A DNA stretch of 64,000 nucleotides from Acidobacteriota bacterium (GTDB taxonomy: Bacteria > Acidobacteriota > UBA6911 > RPQK01 > JAJDTT01). Of the stretch, positions 20,113-29,249 are shown one piece after another; positions within the stretch are counted from its first letter, which is position 1, and each line of letters opens with the position of its first letter. The stretch spans positions 4,288,001 through 4,352,000 of the forward strand of contig CBDCJH010000002.1 of assembly GCA_965217775.1 (NCBI GenBank), given 5' to 3'. The position numbers were made by a program, and so were the translations under genes. Under the pieces are notes generated by a model. It did not search any database. It was not told where the DNA came from and saw only the letters and a list, made by a program, of their open reading frames with translations.

Positions 20113-22884
20113 ATGTCATCCACCACTCCTCCTATACGATGTCCTGCCTGCTATTCTCCATTAACACTCATCCCCCGGATTTCCGCAGCCGGTCTGGTCC
20201 TGGCGGCGTGGCTGCTCCTGGGCGGACCTTACGCCGGAGCGACGATCAAACTCGAGGTCGGCAAGAGCAACGGGGCGCCGCCGTTTCCGCACACCAACGG
20301 GCGGCAGATCGCCAGGAACTCGGACGGCATCTGGTTCCTGGCCTACGACGCCGTGACCGAAGGACGGTCCACGATCTTCCTGGCCGCCTCCAGGGACGGG
20401 ACTCCCGAGTTCGCCGGCGATTTCCATCCGGCCGTGGCCATTGCCGGCGGTTCGGACGAGGCGGTCCTGGCCGGAGCGGTCCGGGACGCCAGCGTGGCCA
20501 GCCTAGTCATCGACGAAGACGACGTCCTGCATCTGGTTTGGCAAAGCTCCGACCCCGAGGGCATCTGGTACAGCCGCTGCTCCGTCAAGGGGAAGGAACC
20601 GGCGGCCGCCTTTCGGAACGCGGTTCTGTGGACGGGAGCCGGCGGGGGCCAAGGCGCCGAGCGGATCGATGACGGTGTATCCCCACAACTCGGAGACGTG
20701 GTCATCGACGGGAAAGGGCAACTCCGGATCCTCTACAGCCAGACGGTGGAGGTACCTCCGGACCACGTCTTTCACCTCTTGGCCAAGGGACATCCCTATT
20801 CTCGGCGTCTCCGCCGGAAACCGGCGGGACAGATCTGGGCGGCCTCTCCCAAGTCGGGTGGTTGGACACGAAGGCCGCTGACTCTGCCCGGGGACTATGG
20901 CCCGCCGGTGGCGGACCTGGACCCCCAGGGAACCCTGCACCTGACCTCCGCCCGGGCCGGTTCCTGGTTCATCTTCTATCTGCAACTGCCCGAATTCGCG
21001 GGAGGCTTCGACCAGGGCCGGGACTTCACCGCCGTGGCTCCCCATGTTCCCTGGAGCGGGACCGGCTACGTGAGCCACAGCGTGGCCGGCTGGGGCCGGA
21101 AGGCGCTGGTGGTGTGGGAGAAGGTGGAGCACCAACTCCAATATGCCTACTACGACGGGCGGAGTTGGACGGTTCAGCCGCTGCATCACAGCCAGGAGGC
21201 CTTGCACCATCCGATCCTGGCCCGCGACGAGCACGGCGTGGCCTGGGTCTTCTGGACCAACACCACCCGAAGCCACAGCTTCTACTCCCGCTGGCTGGGT
21301 TCCCGGTTCTCCGCTCCCTACGAGTGCCGGATGGTGGGTGGGGACCCCGTCTCCCACGAGGAGGCCACCCGGGCGCCTTCTCTCAGCCACTTCCACACCG
21401 TCGAACGAAACTCGCGGGAGGGGTCCGGAACCCTGGGAATGGCGCTCTCCGTCCAGGCCCCCACGGGTAGCGTCTACTTCGACCCGCTGCTGGTGCCCGA
21501 ACTGAACCCGGAGCCGGGGAGGAAGGTGCTGTTCCTGGACATGCTGGAGGTCAGCGCCCTTGACGGCCTGGACGAGTCCTTCCACTCGATGCAAAAACAT
21601 CCGGCCAATCCGGTGCTCCGGCCGGGTCCGGACGGGAGCTGGGACGAAAAGCGGGCCATCGCATACGGGGAAGTCTTCCACGAGGAAGGCCGGTTCCGCA
21701 TGTGGTACGCGGGGATCGACCGGCAGGCCAGCGGATACATGGTGGGCTACGCCGAGAGCGAGGATGGAATCGACTGGGTCAAGCCGGTTCTGAACCAGGT
21801 GGAGTACAAAGGCTCCACGGAGAACAACATCCTGGACCTCGCCTACAACCCGTACGGCTACTGGACCATGATGGTCAAGGACGAACGGGAACCGGACCCC
21901 GAAAAGCACTACAAGGTGCTGGTGAAGCATACCGGAGGAAACCGGCTCCACACCTCGCCCGACGGGCTTCGGTGGACCGAGGGGATCGTGGTCAACCCGG
22001 ACCGGTTGCCTTCGGGAGAGCGGAATCCGGGCCGCTTCGGAGACCGGAGAGGCCTCTTCGATGACATTCTGGAGAAAGATCCCGAAAGGCGCTGGAAGGT
22101 CTTCGGCCGCACCTGCACCGGCCCCGGACAGTTGATCCCCCGGCGCACCCGGCGGACCTGCCGCTACTGGAGTCCCGACCTGATCAGGTGGACGCCCGAC
22201 CCCCGCAATCCGGTCATGGTCCCGCGGGCCGGGACCGAGGTGGAGCAGCACGCCATGTCGGTCTGGATCGACGCCGGGATGTACCTGGGGATGTTCGACG
22301 TCTGGGACGAGATGCAGCTAAGTCCCCAACAACTGGTGGTGAGCCGGGACGGGCGGAACTTCGTCCACGTCTTCGATGGGTCCTATGCCATTGAGTTGGG
22401 TGAACCGGGGACCTGGGATGAAGGCTGGGTCTCGCCCATCAACGTTCCCATTGCGGTGGGGGACGAGCTCTGGAACTACTACTCCGGGGGGCCGGTGACC
22501 ATCGGACCCTTCCACGACTGGAACACCCTGCCCATGTACACGGGCCTGGCTACGATCCGCCGGGACGGCTTCGTGGGCCTGGACGTCCGGAAAGGACGTT
22601 CGGCGGGTTGGTTCACCACCCTGCCCCTGAAGCCGGGAGCCGAGGTGCTGAGTCTGGAGGTGAACGCCGACGGGTTGGCGCGCGGCGCCGGACGCATTTC
22701 CGTGGATCTGATCCAGGGCGGCGAAGTTCTGGCCACGAGCAACGCCGTCACCGAGGATGGGGTGGCGACTTCAGTCCGGTGGCCGGTGGGCGGCAGCCGG
22801 CTGCGAATGCCTGAATCGGGGCAACTGCGGTTGCGATTCCGGCTGGAGGGGGAGGCCCACCTCTACAGCTTCACCTTTCGGTAG
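20113..22884 (+). CDS. Large secreted two-module protein: BNR-like propeller plus five-bladed beta-propeller glycosidase-like module (GH32/43/130-like)
   Basis: KHPANPVL, FRMWYAG, GYAESEDGIDWVKP, TSPDGLRW, VSRDGRNF, GLATIRRDGFV, C-terminal HLYSFTF; start uncertain. Confidence 0.75.
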   Translation: MSSTTPPIRCPACYSPLTLIPRISAAGLVLAAWLLLGGPYAGATIKLEVGKSNGAPPFPHTNGRQIARNSDGIWFLAYDAVTEGRSTIFLAASRDGTPEFAGDFHPAVAIAGGSDEAVLAGAVRDASVASLVIDEDDVLHLVWQSSDPEGIWYSRCSVKGKEPAAAFRNAVLWTGAGGGQGAERIDDGVSPQLGDVVIDGKGQLRILYSQTVEVPPDHVFHLLAKGHPYSRRLRRKPAGQIWAASPKSGGWTRRPLTLPGDYGPPVADLDPQGTLHLTSARAGSWFIFYLQLPEFAGGFDQGRDFTAVAPHVPWSGTGYVSHSVAGWGRKALVVWEKVEHQLQYAYYDGRSWTVQPLHHSQEALHHPILARDEHGVAWVFWTNTTRSHSFYSRWLGSRFSAPYECRMVGGDPVSHEEATRAPSLSHFHTVERNSREGSGTLGMALSVQAPTGSVYFDPLLVPELNPEPGRKVLFLDMLEVSALDGLDESFHSMQKHPANPVLRPGPDGSWDEKRAIAYGEVFHEEGRFRMWYAGIDRQASGYMVGYAESEDGIDWVKPVLNQVEYKGSTENNILDLAYNPYGYWTMMVKDEREPDPEKHYKVLVKHTGGNRLHTSPDGLRWTEGIVVNPDRLPSGERNPGRFGDRRGLFDDILEKDPERRWKVFGRTCTGPGQLIPRRTRRTCRYWSPDLIRWTPDPRNPVMVPRAGTEVEQHAMSVWIDAGMYLGMFDVWDEMQLSPQQLVVSRDGRNFVHVFDGSYAIELGEPGTWDEGWVSPINVPIAVGDELWNYYSGGPVTIGPFHDWNTLPMYTGLATIRRDGFVGLDVRKGRSAGWFTTLPLKPGAEVLSLEVNADGLARGAGRISVDLIQGGEVLATSNAVTEDGVATSVRWPVGGSRLRMPESGQLRLRFRLEGEAHLYSFTFR

Positions 22885-23007
22885 AGGGTCGACCCGACAC
22901 TCCATGAACGAAAACGTGACTGTCCCCTTCTCGCGCTGTCCCCTTCTCAGGAACTTGATTTTCAAGACTCAGCCTGGGGCGACGATGCGCCGCGTGGCGG
23001 CAAGACA

Positions 23008-23257
23008 GTGCTGAAGCGAATTCTCAGGGAAAAGGCGACCGTCCCGCTCTTTTTCGCTCAAACTCTTCTCAGGTCTTTGCGGGACGTAGGCTACAACAGC
23101 ACTACGCCGGCGCTATGCGAGCATGTCGATAACGCTATCCAATGGGGCGCAACCGAAATTCGCGTGTATTTTCACCAGAGGGGCAAGAGAGGCGCCTACC
23201 AGACCGAACATTCTCGTGCTCGATAATGGCAGCGGCATGGCTCCCGATATTCTCAGA
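23008..23257 (+). pseudogene. Frameshifted, truncated GHKL (HATPase_c_3/MORC-like) ATPase fragment
   Basis: SLRDVGYNSTTPALCEHVDNAIQWGATEIRV in one frame, continuing as ILVLDNGSGMAPDILR in the next frame after an apparent 1-nt insertion at ~23208; recognisable similarity ends ~23257. Confidence 0.75.
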
Positions 23258-23320
23258 TATGAGATGTTTCAATTCTGTGCCGCTATACTGCAAGTGATTC
23301 AGATGCAAAGGAGGTCGATA

Positions 23321-23746
23321 GTGAAACCCATATCTTTGTTCCTCTCGGTCCTACTGGTTTCACATACCAGCTTGCAGGCCGGTCCCCTCTCGGCACAGAA
23401 AGCGGTTCACCTGGTTTCGATCGAGGAGTTGCGGGACCAAGTCGCGGCACAAACGGCCGAACGCGTCAGCAACATTCGCGAAGTCCAGACCCTGCTCCGT
23501 CACCAGGGGGTTCAAGATCGCTTGGGGCACCTTTTCGACCTGGAGAAAGTCGCGGTTGCAGTCCCCACGCTGGACAACGAGACGTTGGCCGAGCTGGCCC
23601 GGCAAAGCGGGCAGGTGAACGAACAGTTCAGAGCCGGCGGCATGGGAATGATCTTGGCGCTCGTGATAGCTGTTGTCGTTGTCATCATCCTTGCGATCAT
23701 ATTGGTGAATAAGGCAGAGGATGTGGCCGAAACTGTGCTCGGTTAA
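23321..23746 (+). CDS. Small secreted protein with C-terminal GG + TM anchor (PA2779/DUF6627-like)
   Basis: AAGGAGG RBS before GTG 23321; signal peptide; V.TLDNETLAELA...AGG followed by a hydrophobic helix. Confidence 0.65.
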   Translation: MKPISLFLSVLLVSHTSLQAGPLSAQKAVHLVSIEELRDQVAAQTAERVSNIREVQTLLRHQGVQDRLGHLFDLEKVAVAVPTLDNETLAELARQSGQVNEQFRAGGMGMILALVIAVVVVIILAIILVNKAEDVAETVLG

Positions 23747-23784
23747 CGCCTTTTCCCGCCATGGGCACGCTCTGTCGGCGTTAA

Positions 23785-23813
23785 CAGCCCGTGGCAAAAG
23801 TCGCCACGGACTG
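23785..23813. mobile_element. MITE family B, minimal 29-bp derivative between TTAA sites
   Basis: TTAA-CAGCCCGTGGCAAAAGTC-GCCACGGACTG-TTAA retains both ends of 13662-13819. Confidence 0.75.
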
Positions 23814-24037
23814 TTAACCGCCTGAGCGGATCCGTGACCACAAGGACGCGGAACGAGTACGGCGAGAGAATCTTCGGCTGCTCGTCGCGCCGGATCTCCG
23901 CACGGACGCTCAGCGTCCCGCGAAGACGGAAAAGAGCGATCGATACTTGCGCCCGTAGCGAGGGAACGCGTCCAGCCGGACGATCAAGTATGGCCACCCT
24001 CCCTGCTTCTTGACTCCCGTCTCCCGCTGCGACTCTA

Positions 24038-26062
24038 ATGGCGCGTATGGCACGCCTGTTGATCGTCCTCTCCGCATTCAACTTCTTCCTGACTCCGATA
24101 TGGGCCCGCGTCGTCCGGGTGGAGATCCACGAACGGAATCCGATCCTGGAGGGTGAGCCCTATCCGCTGGTAGGCCCCTACGAACTGATCACGGGACGCG
24201 TGCACTTCGCCGTCGACCCCGATCTGGGACCCAACCGGATCATCACTGACATCCTGAAGGCGCCCCGAAACGATCAGGGCGAGGTGGAGTTCTCCTCAGA
24301 TCTCGTGCTTTTGAAACCGGTGCAAGTGGAGCGAGGCAACGGCGCCATTTTCTACGAGGTCTCCAACCGGGGCGGAAAGGCCATGGTCGGTTTTTTCAAC
24401 CTGGCCCGGTACACCCGGACTCCCAAGACCCGCGAGGATTTCGGAGACGGGTTCCTCATGCGCCAGGGATTCACGCTCATGTGGTTGGGCTGGCAACTGG
24501 ATCCGCCCCACCGGCCAGGAAACATGCGTGTCTACCCGGCAGTCGCCCGGGATCCGGATCAGCCCATCACCGGCCTGGTCCGATGCGACTTCGTGGTCAA
24601 GACTCGCGCCGACCACCACATTCTCTCGGACCGCAACCACATTCCCTACCCCGTGTCCGATCCCGACGCCCCCGAGAACTCCATGACGGTCCGGGATGCC
24701 GTCGAGGGCGAGCGTCAGGCCGTTCCGCGGAACCGCTGGCGGTTCGCCCGAATGGAGGGGGGACGGGCGGTGCCCGACTCGACTCACGTGTTGCTGGAAG
24801 GAGGTTTCGAACCGGGCCGGATCTACGAAGTGGTCTACCGGGGCCAGGACCCTCCCCTGGTGGGACTGGGTCCGACGGCCGTGCGGGACATGATCTCCTA
24901 CCTCAAGTACGAGGGCGATCGGGACCTGTCCATTCCCCCGAACGCCCTGAACCGCGCTCTGGGGTTCGGGAGCTCCCAGAGCGGACGTTTCCTGCGGACC
25001 TTCCTCTACCAGGGTTTCAATGAGGACGAGCAGAACCGGCGGGTCTTCGACGGGCTCATACCCCACGTGGCAGGTGCGGGACGGGGCAGCTTCAACCACC
25101 GTTTCGCCCAGCCGTCACGGGATGCCCAGCCCTTCTCCAACTTCTTCTATCCCACCGACATCTTCCCCTTCACCGATACGGCCCAGACCGACCCGGTGAC
25201 AGGGGAGACCGACGGACTGCTCATTCACTTCGCCCGGCCGGAACTCTGCCCCAAGATCTTCTACACCAACTCCTCCTACGAGTACTGGGGCCGTGCCTCC
25301 TCCCTGATCCACACCACCGTAGACGGAACCCGCGATGTGGATTTCATGGATCAGGTTCGCCATTACCATTTTGCCGGCAGCCAGCATGGGGTGGGACCAT
25401 TTCCTCCTTCGCGGACGCGGGGGCAGCAACTGAACAATCCTCTGGACTTCAGATGGACGATGCGCGCCCTGCTCCTGGCCCTGGATCGGTGGATTGACGA
25501 CGGGACGACTCCGCCTCCCAGCCGCTACCCCCGCCTGGACCAAGCCACGCTGGTCCCGTTTCCCAAGTTCGACTTCCCCCGGTTGCCGGGGGTCCGGGTC
25601 CCCCCGCGAATCCACCGGGCGTACCGGGTCGATTACGGTCCCCGCTTTCGTTCGGAAGGCATCGTGAGCCACCAGCCGCCTCGTGTCGGCGCCCCCTTTC
25701 CGATCCTGGTCCCCAAGGTCGACGCCGACGGGAACGAGCTGGCGGGGATCCGGCTTCCGGAGGTCGCGGTGCCCCTGGCAACATACACGGGGTGGAACCT
25801 GTTCGGCCCCGGCCAGGGTCCGCCGACGGAAATTTGCAGCTTCCGCGGCTCCTACATTCCCTTCGCCCGGAGCAAGGAGGAGCGTCTCGAAGCGGGTGAC
25901 CCCCGACCCTCCATCCGGGAGAGGTACGGGAGCCGGGATGAGTACCTAGGACGAGTCACCGAAACTGCCCTTGAACTCATGGATCAGGGATACCTGCTGT
26001 CGCAGGATGTTCCCCTGGTCGTCAAGGGAGCAGCCGTCCGGTGGGACTACCTGATGCGCTGA
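24038..26062 (+). CDS. Secreted alpha/beta-hydrolase-domain protein, paralog 2
   Basis: 674 aa; colinear with 13930..15954 and identical to it over long stretches. Confidence 0.85.
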   Translation: MARMARLLIVLSAFNFFLTPIWARVVRVEIHERNPILEGEPYPLVGPYELITGRVHFAVDPDLGPNRIITDILKAPRNDQGEVEFSSDLVLLKPVQVERGNGAIFYEVSNRGGKAMVGFFNLARYTRTPKTREDFGDGFLMRQGFTLMWLGWQLDPPHRPGNMRVYPAVARDPDQPITGLVRCDFVVKTRADHHILSDRNHIPYPVSDPDAPENSMTVRDAVEGERQAVPRNRWRFARMEGGRAVPDSTHVLLEGGFEPGRIYEVVYRGQDPPLVGLGPTAVRDMISYLKYEGDRDLSIPPNALNRALGFGSSQSGRFLRTFLYQGFNEDEQNRRVFDGLIPHVAGAGRGSFNHRFAQPSRDAQPFSNFFYPTDIFPFTDTAQTDPVTGETDGLLIHFARPELCPKIFYTNSSYEYWGRASSLIHTTVDGTRDVDFMDQVRHYHFAGSQHGVGPFPPSRTRGQQLNNPLDFRWTMRALLLALDRWIDDGTTPPPSRYPRLDQATLVPFPKFDFPRLPGVRVPPRIHRAYRVDYGPRFRSEGIVSHQPPRVGAPFPILVPKVDADGNELAGIRLPEVAVPLATYTGWNLFGPGQGPPTEICSFRGSYIPFARSKEERLEAGDPRPSIRERYGSRDEYLGRVTETALELMDQGYLLSQDVPLVVKGAAVRWDYLMR

Positions 26063-26505
26063 GGACTCGATGCGCCGAGACGCGCTCCGTGGACCGTGGC
26101 ACCCGATTCACTTGCAGCAGCCGCCAGACGTGCGTCGAACACGACGAACGGAATATCGAGACCCAACTTTTCCTGAAGATGCAGAAAACTGCCGAGTTGG
26201 ACGGCGTCGGCGGCCCGCAACGAATACGCGTTCAGGAGTAACGCCGCACGCCGAGTCACCGCGGGCACCAGTTCGACGACCAGGAACGAATCCATGTCTT
26301 TCGCCAGTGTCGCAAGGGCCACGTCCCGCTCCTCAACGGAGCAGTCTCCCGTCCGCGTCCGCCGCGCCAGCGCCGACGCCACTTCCACTTCGGACAACCG
26401 GCTGATCGCTGCCGATCCGGATGCCAGAAATCCTTCGACGACATTGCTCCCGGCCTCTCGCACGTACCGCTTGACCAAAGCACTGGAATCAAAGTACCGG
26501 ATCAG
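26047..26505 (-). CDS. vapC: VapC PIN-domain toxin (probable CTG start overlapping the antitoxin TGA)
   Basis: Reads (L/M)IRYFDSSALVKRYV..E..EVEVASALARR..LRAADAVQL..FVVFDARL; the first PIN Asp lies upstream of the track's TTG 26478. Confidence 0.88.
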   Translation of the reverse strand: MIRYFDSSALVKRYVREAGSNVVEGFLASGSAAISRLSEVEVASALARRTRTGDCSVEERDVALATLAKDMDSFLVVELVPAVTRRAALLLNAYSLRAADAVQLGSFLHLQEKLGLDIPFVVFDARLAAAASESGATVHGARLGASSPQRIR

Positions 26506-26795
26506 AATCGATCCTCCCGATCCTCGCTGACAGCCTCAGAGAGGCGCCGGCCTCTTCCCACGATCGGCTTGGCGATCGGCGGAACCGGTTTCGCCTGGCC
26601 CGTCACCACGCCTTGCCTCCGCAAACGAGCCAGACGTGCGTCCACAGAGCGGCCGGCGAACTCGATCGGCATCACTTCCGCCACCGGCCGGCCCCGGTCG
26701 GTGATGGTCAAAATGCGCCCTTGGCGTACCCGCCGGAGATAAGTCCCCAACCGCGTCTTGAACTCCCGGGCCCCAACGACGAGTGGCTCACTCAT
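26502..26795 (-). CDS. vapB: Phd/YefM family antitoxin
   Basis: VGAREFKTRLGTYLRRVRQGRILTITDRGRPVAEV. Confidence 0.88.
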   Translation of the reverse strand: MSEPLVVGAREFKTRLGTYLRRVRQGRILTITDRGRPVAEVMPIEFAGRSVDARLARLRRQGVVTGQAKPVPPIAKPIVGRGRRLSEAVSEDREDRF

Positions 26796-26830
26796 GTAGT
26801 CATTGTGACTACAACTGCCAGGAAAAGCAA
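26795..26830 (-). promoter_or_regulatory. Leaderless promoter and palindromic operator of vapBC-1
   Basis: TTGCTT-17-CACAAT-6 nt-ATG; inverted repeat TGTAGTCA-ttg-TGACTACA at 26795-26813. Confidence 0.65.
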
Positions 26831-27042
26831 GAAGACTTCACCGCTCACGCCTGGGGCCGACTCCGCCTTTGCGCAACAACCTGTCGGTGCAGGAGCAGTG
26901 GCTTCTTGGCCGCTGAACTGGGAGTGGGGTTTGTCAACCTCCGATCTCCCGCTCCGGTTCTTCAATTTGGAACAGGTCCGAAGGATCTCTATGACTCATC
27001 TTCTGGCGGTGTGATTTGGTCCGAACTATAGTGGATCAATTG

Positions 27043-27139
27043 GGGGGGCCATCGGTTCCAATTGCCTGAGTCCGGGCTACTGAGCTTGCGATTCCGGTTG
27101 GAGGGGGAGGCCCACCCCTATCGTTTCTCCTTTTGTTAG
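27043..27139 (+). pseudogene. 3' remnant of a paralog of the 20113..22884 gene
   Basis: Translates GGHRFQLPESGLLSLRFRLEGEAHPYRFSFC*, versus GGSRLRMPESGQLRLRFRLEGEAHLYSFTFR* at the end of 20113..22884. Confidence 0.8.
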
Positions 27140-27298
27140 GAGTCTGCGCCGTAGAAATGATCGTAGCGAGAAAGTGGGGAATCGAGGCCAGATTTTCTCG
27201 ATTTTGAGGTGCATAGTTGTTCTATTCGCCGAGAAATCGGGGAAATCTGGACCGATTCTACCGCTTTCGCAGTAGATCAATTTCTGCGGCGCTGGCTC
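27140..27298. mobile_element. MITE family A, full-length copy (159 bp) between TTAG and CTAG
   Basis: Same TIRs as 13563-13657 plus a 64-bp central segment. Confidence 0.8.
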
Positions 27299-27332
27299 CT
27301 AGTCTGCTCCGGCCGTCTACGGAGGATTCCCA

Positions 27333-29144
27333 ATGCGCCGACTCACCATTCTGTTCTTCCTGGCCGGCTCTTCTCTGATCCATGCCGGGACCCGGATCAC
27401 CCTGGACGACCCCATGCCCCCTCCGGCGTGGGCTCTGGCGCAGCGTGCTCTCCTGGAGGCCAACGCCGAGGAGGCCCAGCGGCTCGCCCGCAGGTACATG
27501 GACGAACGAGGCTGGCTGGCCATCACGCCCAACTGGGGCGGGATGGACGGGGCCGACGACGTCATGGAGAGGTTCCGGCACTGGCCCCTGCTCTACATCC
27601 TGGGAGGATCCGAATCGGTCCTCGCCACCTACAAGAAGATCTGGGAGGGGCACCTGGAGCAGTACACCGAGGCCCGGGAGCCGCTGGTGGAGGTGGTCCG
27701 GGAAGGGATGTACTACCGGGAGTTCTGTCCTTCCTTCGACTGGGAGCATATCGGCGAAGGCATGGCGGGCTGGTACTGGTACGGGTTGGCGCGTCCCCGG
27801 GATCCCGGGTACCTGATCCGCGCCCGGCGGTTCAGCTCCTTCTACATGAACGAGGACCCGTCGGCTCCCAACTACGACCCGGAGCACAAGATCATCCGCA
27901 GCCTCTTCAGCGGTAGCCGGGGGCCCCTTCTGGGGGTTCCCACCGAGGCCCACTGGGCGGGGCCGCCCCGCCCCCGGCACGACCCCCGGCCGGGCCGGCC
28001 CAGGAGGACTCTCCGGTTCTCCCGCCAGGGCTACATGGTCGACCTGAGCGGCGACCATCCGTTGAACCTCATGGCCACCCACCTGGCCATGACGGCCTAC
28101 ATGCTCACCCACGAGGAGAAGTACCGGAGCTGGATCCTGGAGTACGTGGACGCCTGGAAGGAGCGGGCCCGGGAGAACGGCGGCAACATTCCCACCAATA
28201 TCGGCCTGGACGGCAGCATCGGAGGCCAGTGGGACGGGAAGTGGTACGGGGGAGTCTACGGCTGGAACTTCCGTCCCCGTTACGACGAGTTCACGCCCGA
28301 CCGTGAGGGAGAGCCCTACCCGGGGAGCAACATGTTCATCCGGGGATCGCGCATCGGTTTCGGCATCGCTCTGCTGTTGACGGGCAATCCCGAATACCCG
28401 GCCGTCCTTCGCCGCCAGATGGACAAACTGTACGCGGCCGGACGGGAAGAGAACGGACGGTTTCTGATTCCCCGCAAGCACGGCGACGACGGTTGGTACG
28501 GATATACCGAAAACGTCTATCTGGAAGAGCAGGTCGATCTCTATCTCTGGTCTCTCGACGGGCCGCCCGATCCTGTCCAACGGGGGCGGGTCTCGGCTCA
28601 CCCCTGGATCCGCTACCTGGAGGGCCGCCACGACGGCTACCCTCTGGAGGCGCTGCAACAGGATTTCGCCGTCATCGGCCGGCAGATGAAGCGGTTGCGG
28701 GAGGATGGGGCGACTCGCGACACCCGGTCCTCCACCGGTTTTGCTCGAACCGTCGCCGTCACCTCGCTGCTCCATTTGATGCTGGGAGCCAACTACCCGG
28801 GCGGATCGGGGAACGCGCTCCATGCGCAGGTGCGGTATTTCGATCCGGATCTACGGCGGCCCGGCCTGCCGCCCGGCGTCGCGGCGCTGGTGGAGAAGCT
28901 CGAGCCCGGATCGGTCACTCTGACGTTGGTCAACGTCAGCCCTGTTCACGCACGGGACGTCGTGGTCCAGACCGGCGGCTACGCCGAGCACAGGTGCATA
29001 TCGGTCACCCATGGAGACCGGGTGACGCCGGTGGACGAGTCCCATTTCCGGGTCCGGCTGGAGCCGGGGACTGGAGGGCGCCTGGTGTTGTCGCTGGACC
29101 GCTACTCGAACAGTCCCACTCTGGCATTTCCCTGGGATCGCTGA
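27333..29144 (+). CDS. Conserved secreted hypothetical protein, possibly an (alpha/alpha) barrel enzyme
   Basis: GGAGG RBS, signal peptide, PPAWALAQRALL, WGGMDGADD, DWEHIGEG, GKWYGGVYGW, RYFDPDLRRPGLP, PTLAFPWDR; high-GC3 codon pattern. Confidence 0.75.
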   Translation: MRRLTILFFLAGSSLIHAGTRITLDDPMPPPAWALAQRALLEANAEEAQRLARRYMDERGWLAITPNWGGMDGADDVMERFRHWPLLYILGGSESVLATYKKIWEGHLEQYTEAREPLVEVVREGMYYREFCPSFDWEHIGEGMAGWYWYGLARPRDPGYLIRARRFSSFYMNEDPSAPNYDPEHKIIRSLFSGSRGPLLGVPTEAHWAGPPRPRHDPRPGRPRRTLRFSRQGYMVDLSGDHPLNLMATHLAMTAYMLTHEEKYRSWILEYVDAWKERARENGGNIPTNIGLDGSIGGQWDGKWYGGVYGWNFRPRYDEFTPDREGEPYPGSNMFIRGSRIGFGIALLLTGNPEYPAVLRRQMDKLYAAGREENGRFLIPRKHGDDGWYGYTENVYLEEQVDLYLWSLDGPPDPVQRGRVSAHPWIRYLEGRHDGYPLEALQQDFAVIGRQMKRLREDGATRDTRSSTGFARTVAVTSLLHLMLGANYPGGSGNALHAQVRYFDPDLRRPGLPPGVAALVEKLEPGSVTLTLVNVSPVHARDVVVQTGGYAEHRCISVTHGDRVTPVDESHFRVRLEPGTGGRLVLSLDRYSNSPTLAFPWDR

Positions 29145-29249
29145 TCGTTTCTGCGCGGGGAGCGACGCTCAGGCGGAAGTTACGGGCGATTCTATTTTCG
29201 TCGGTCCCGGTCGGGGGCAATCGGGCCGGAGCGGTGTCGGGCAACCCCC

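Noticed and set aside
23123-23320. N-terminal extension of ORF 23123..23746
   Set aside because: Accidental fusion with the GHKL relic frame; a strong RBS and signal peptide place the start at 23321
23818-24030. Possible small gene or ncRNA upstream of hydrolase paralog 2
   Set aside because: No recognisable motif, RBS or structure that I can support
13930-26062. DGR template/variable repeat pair or assembly duplication
   Set aside because: Differences are spread over the whole gene and are not adenine-specific; both copies are full ORFs; no reverse transcriptase is present
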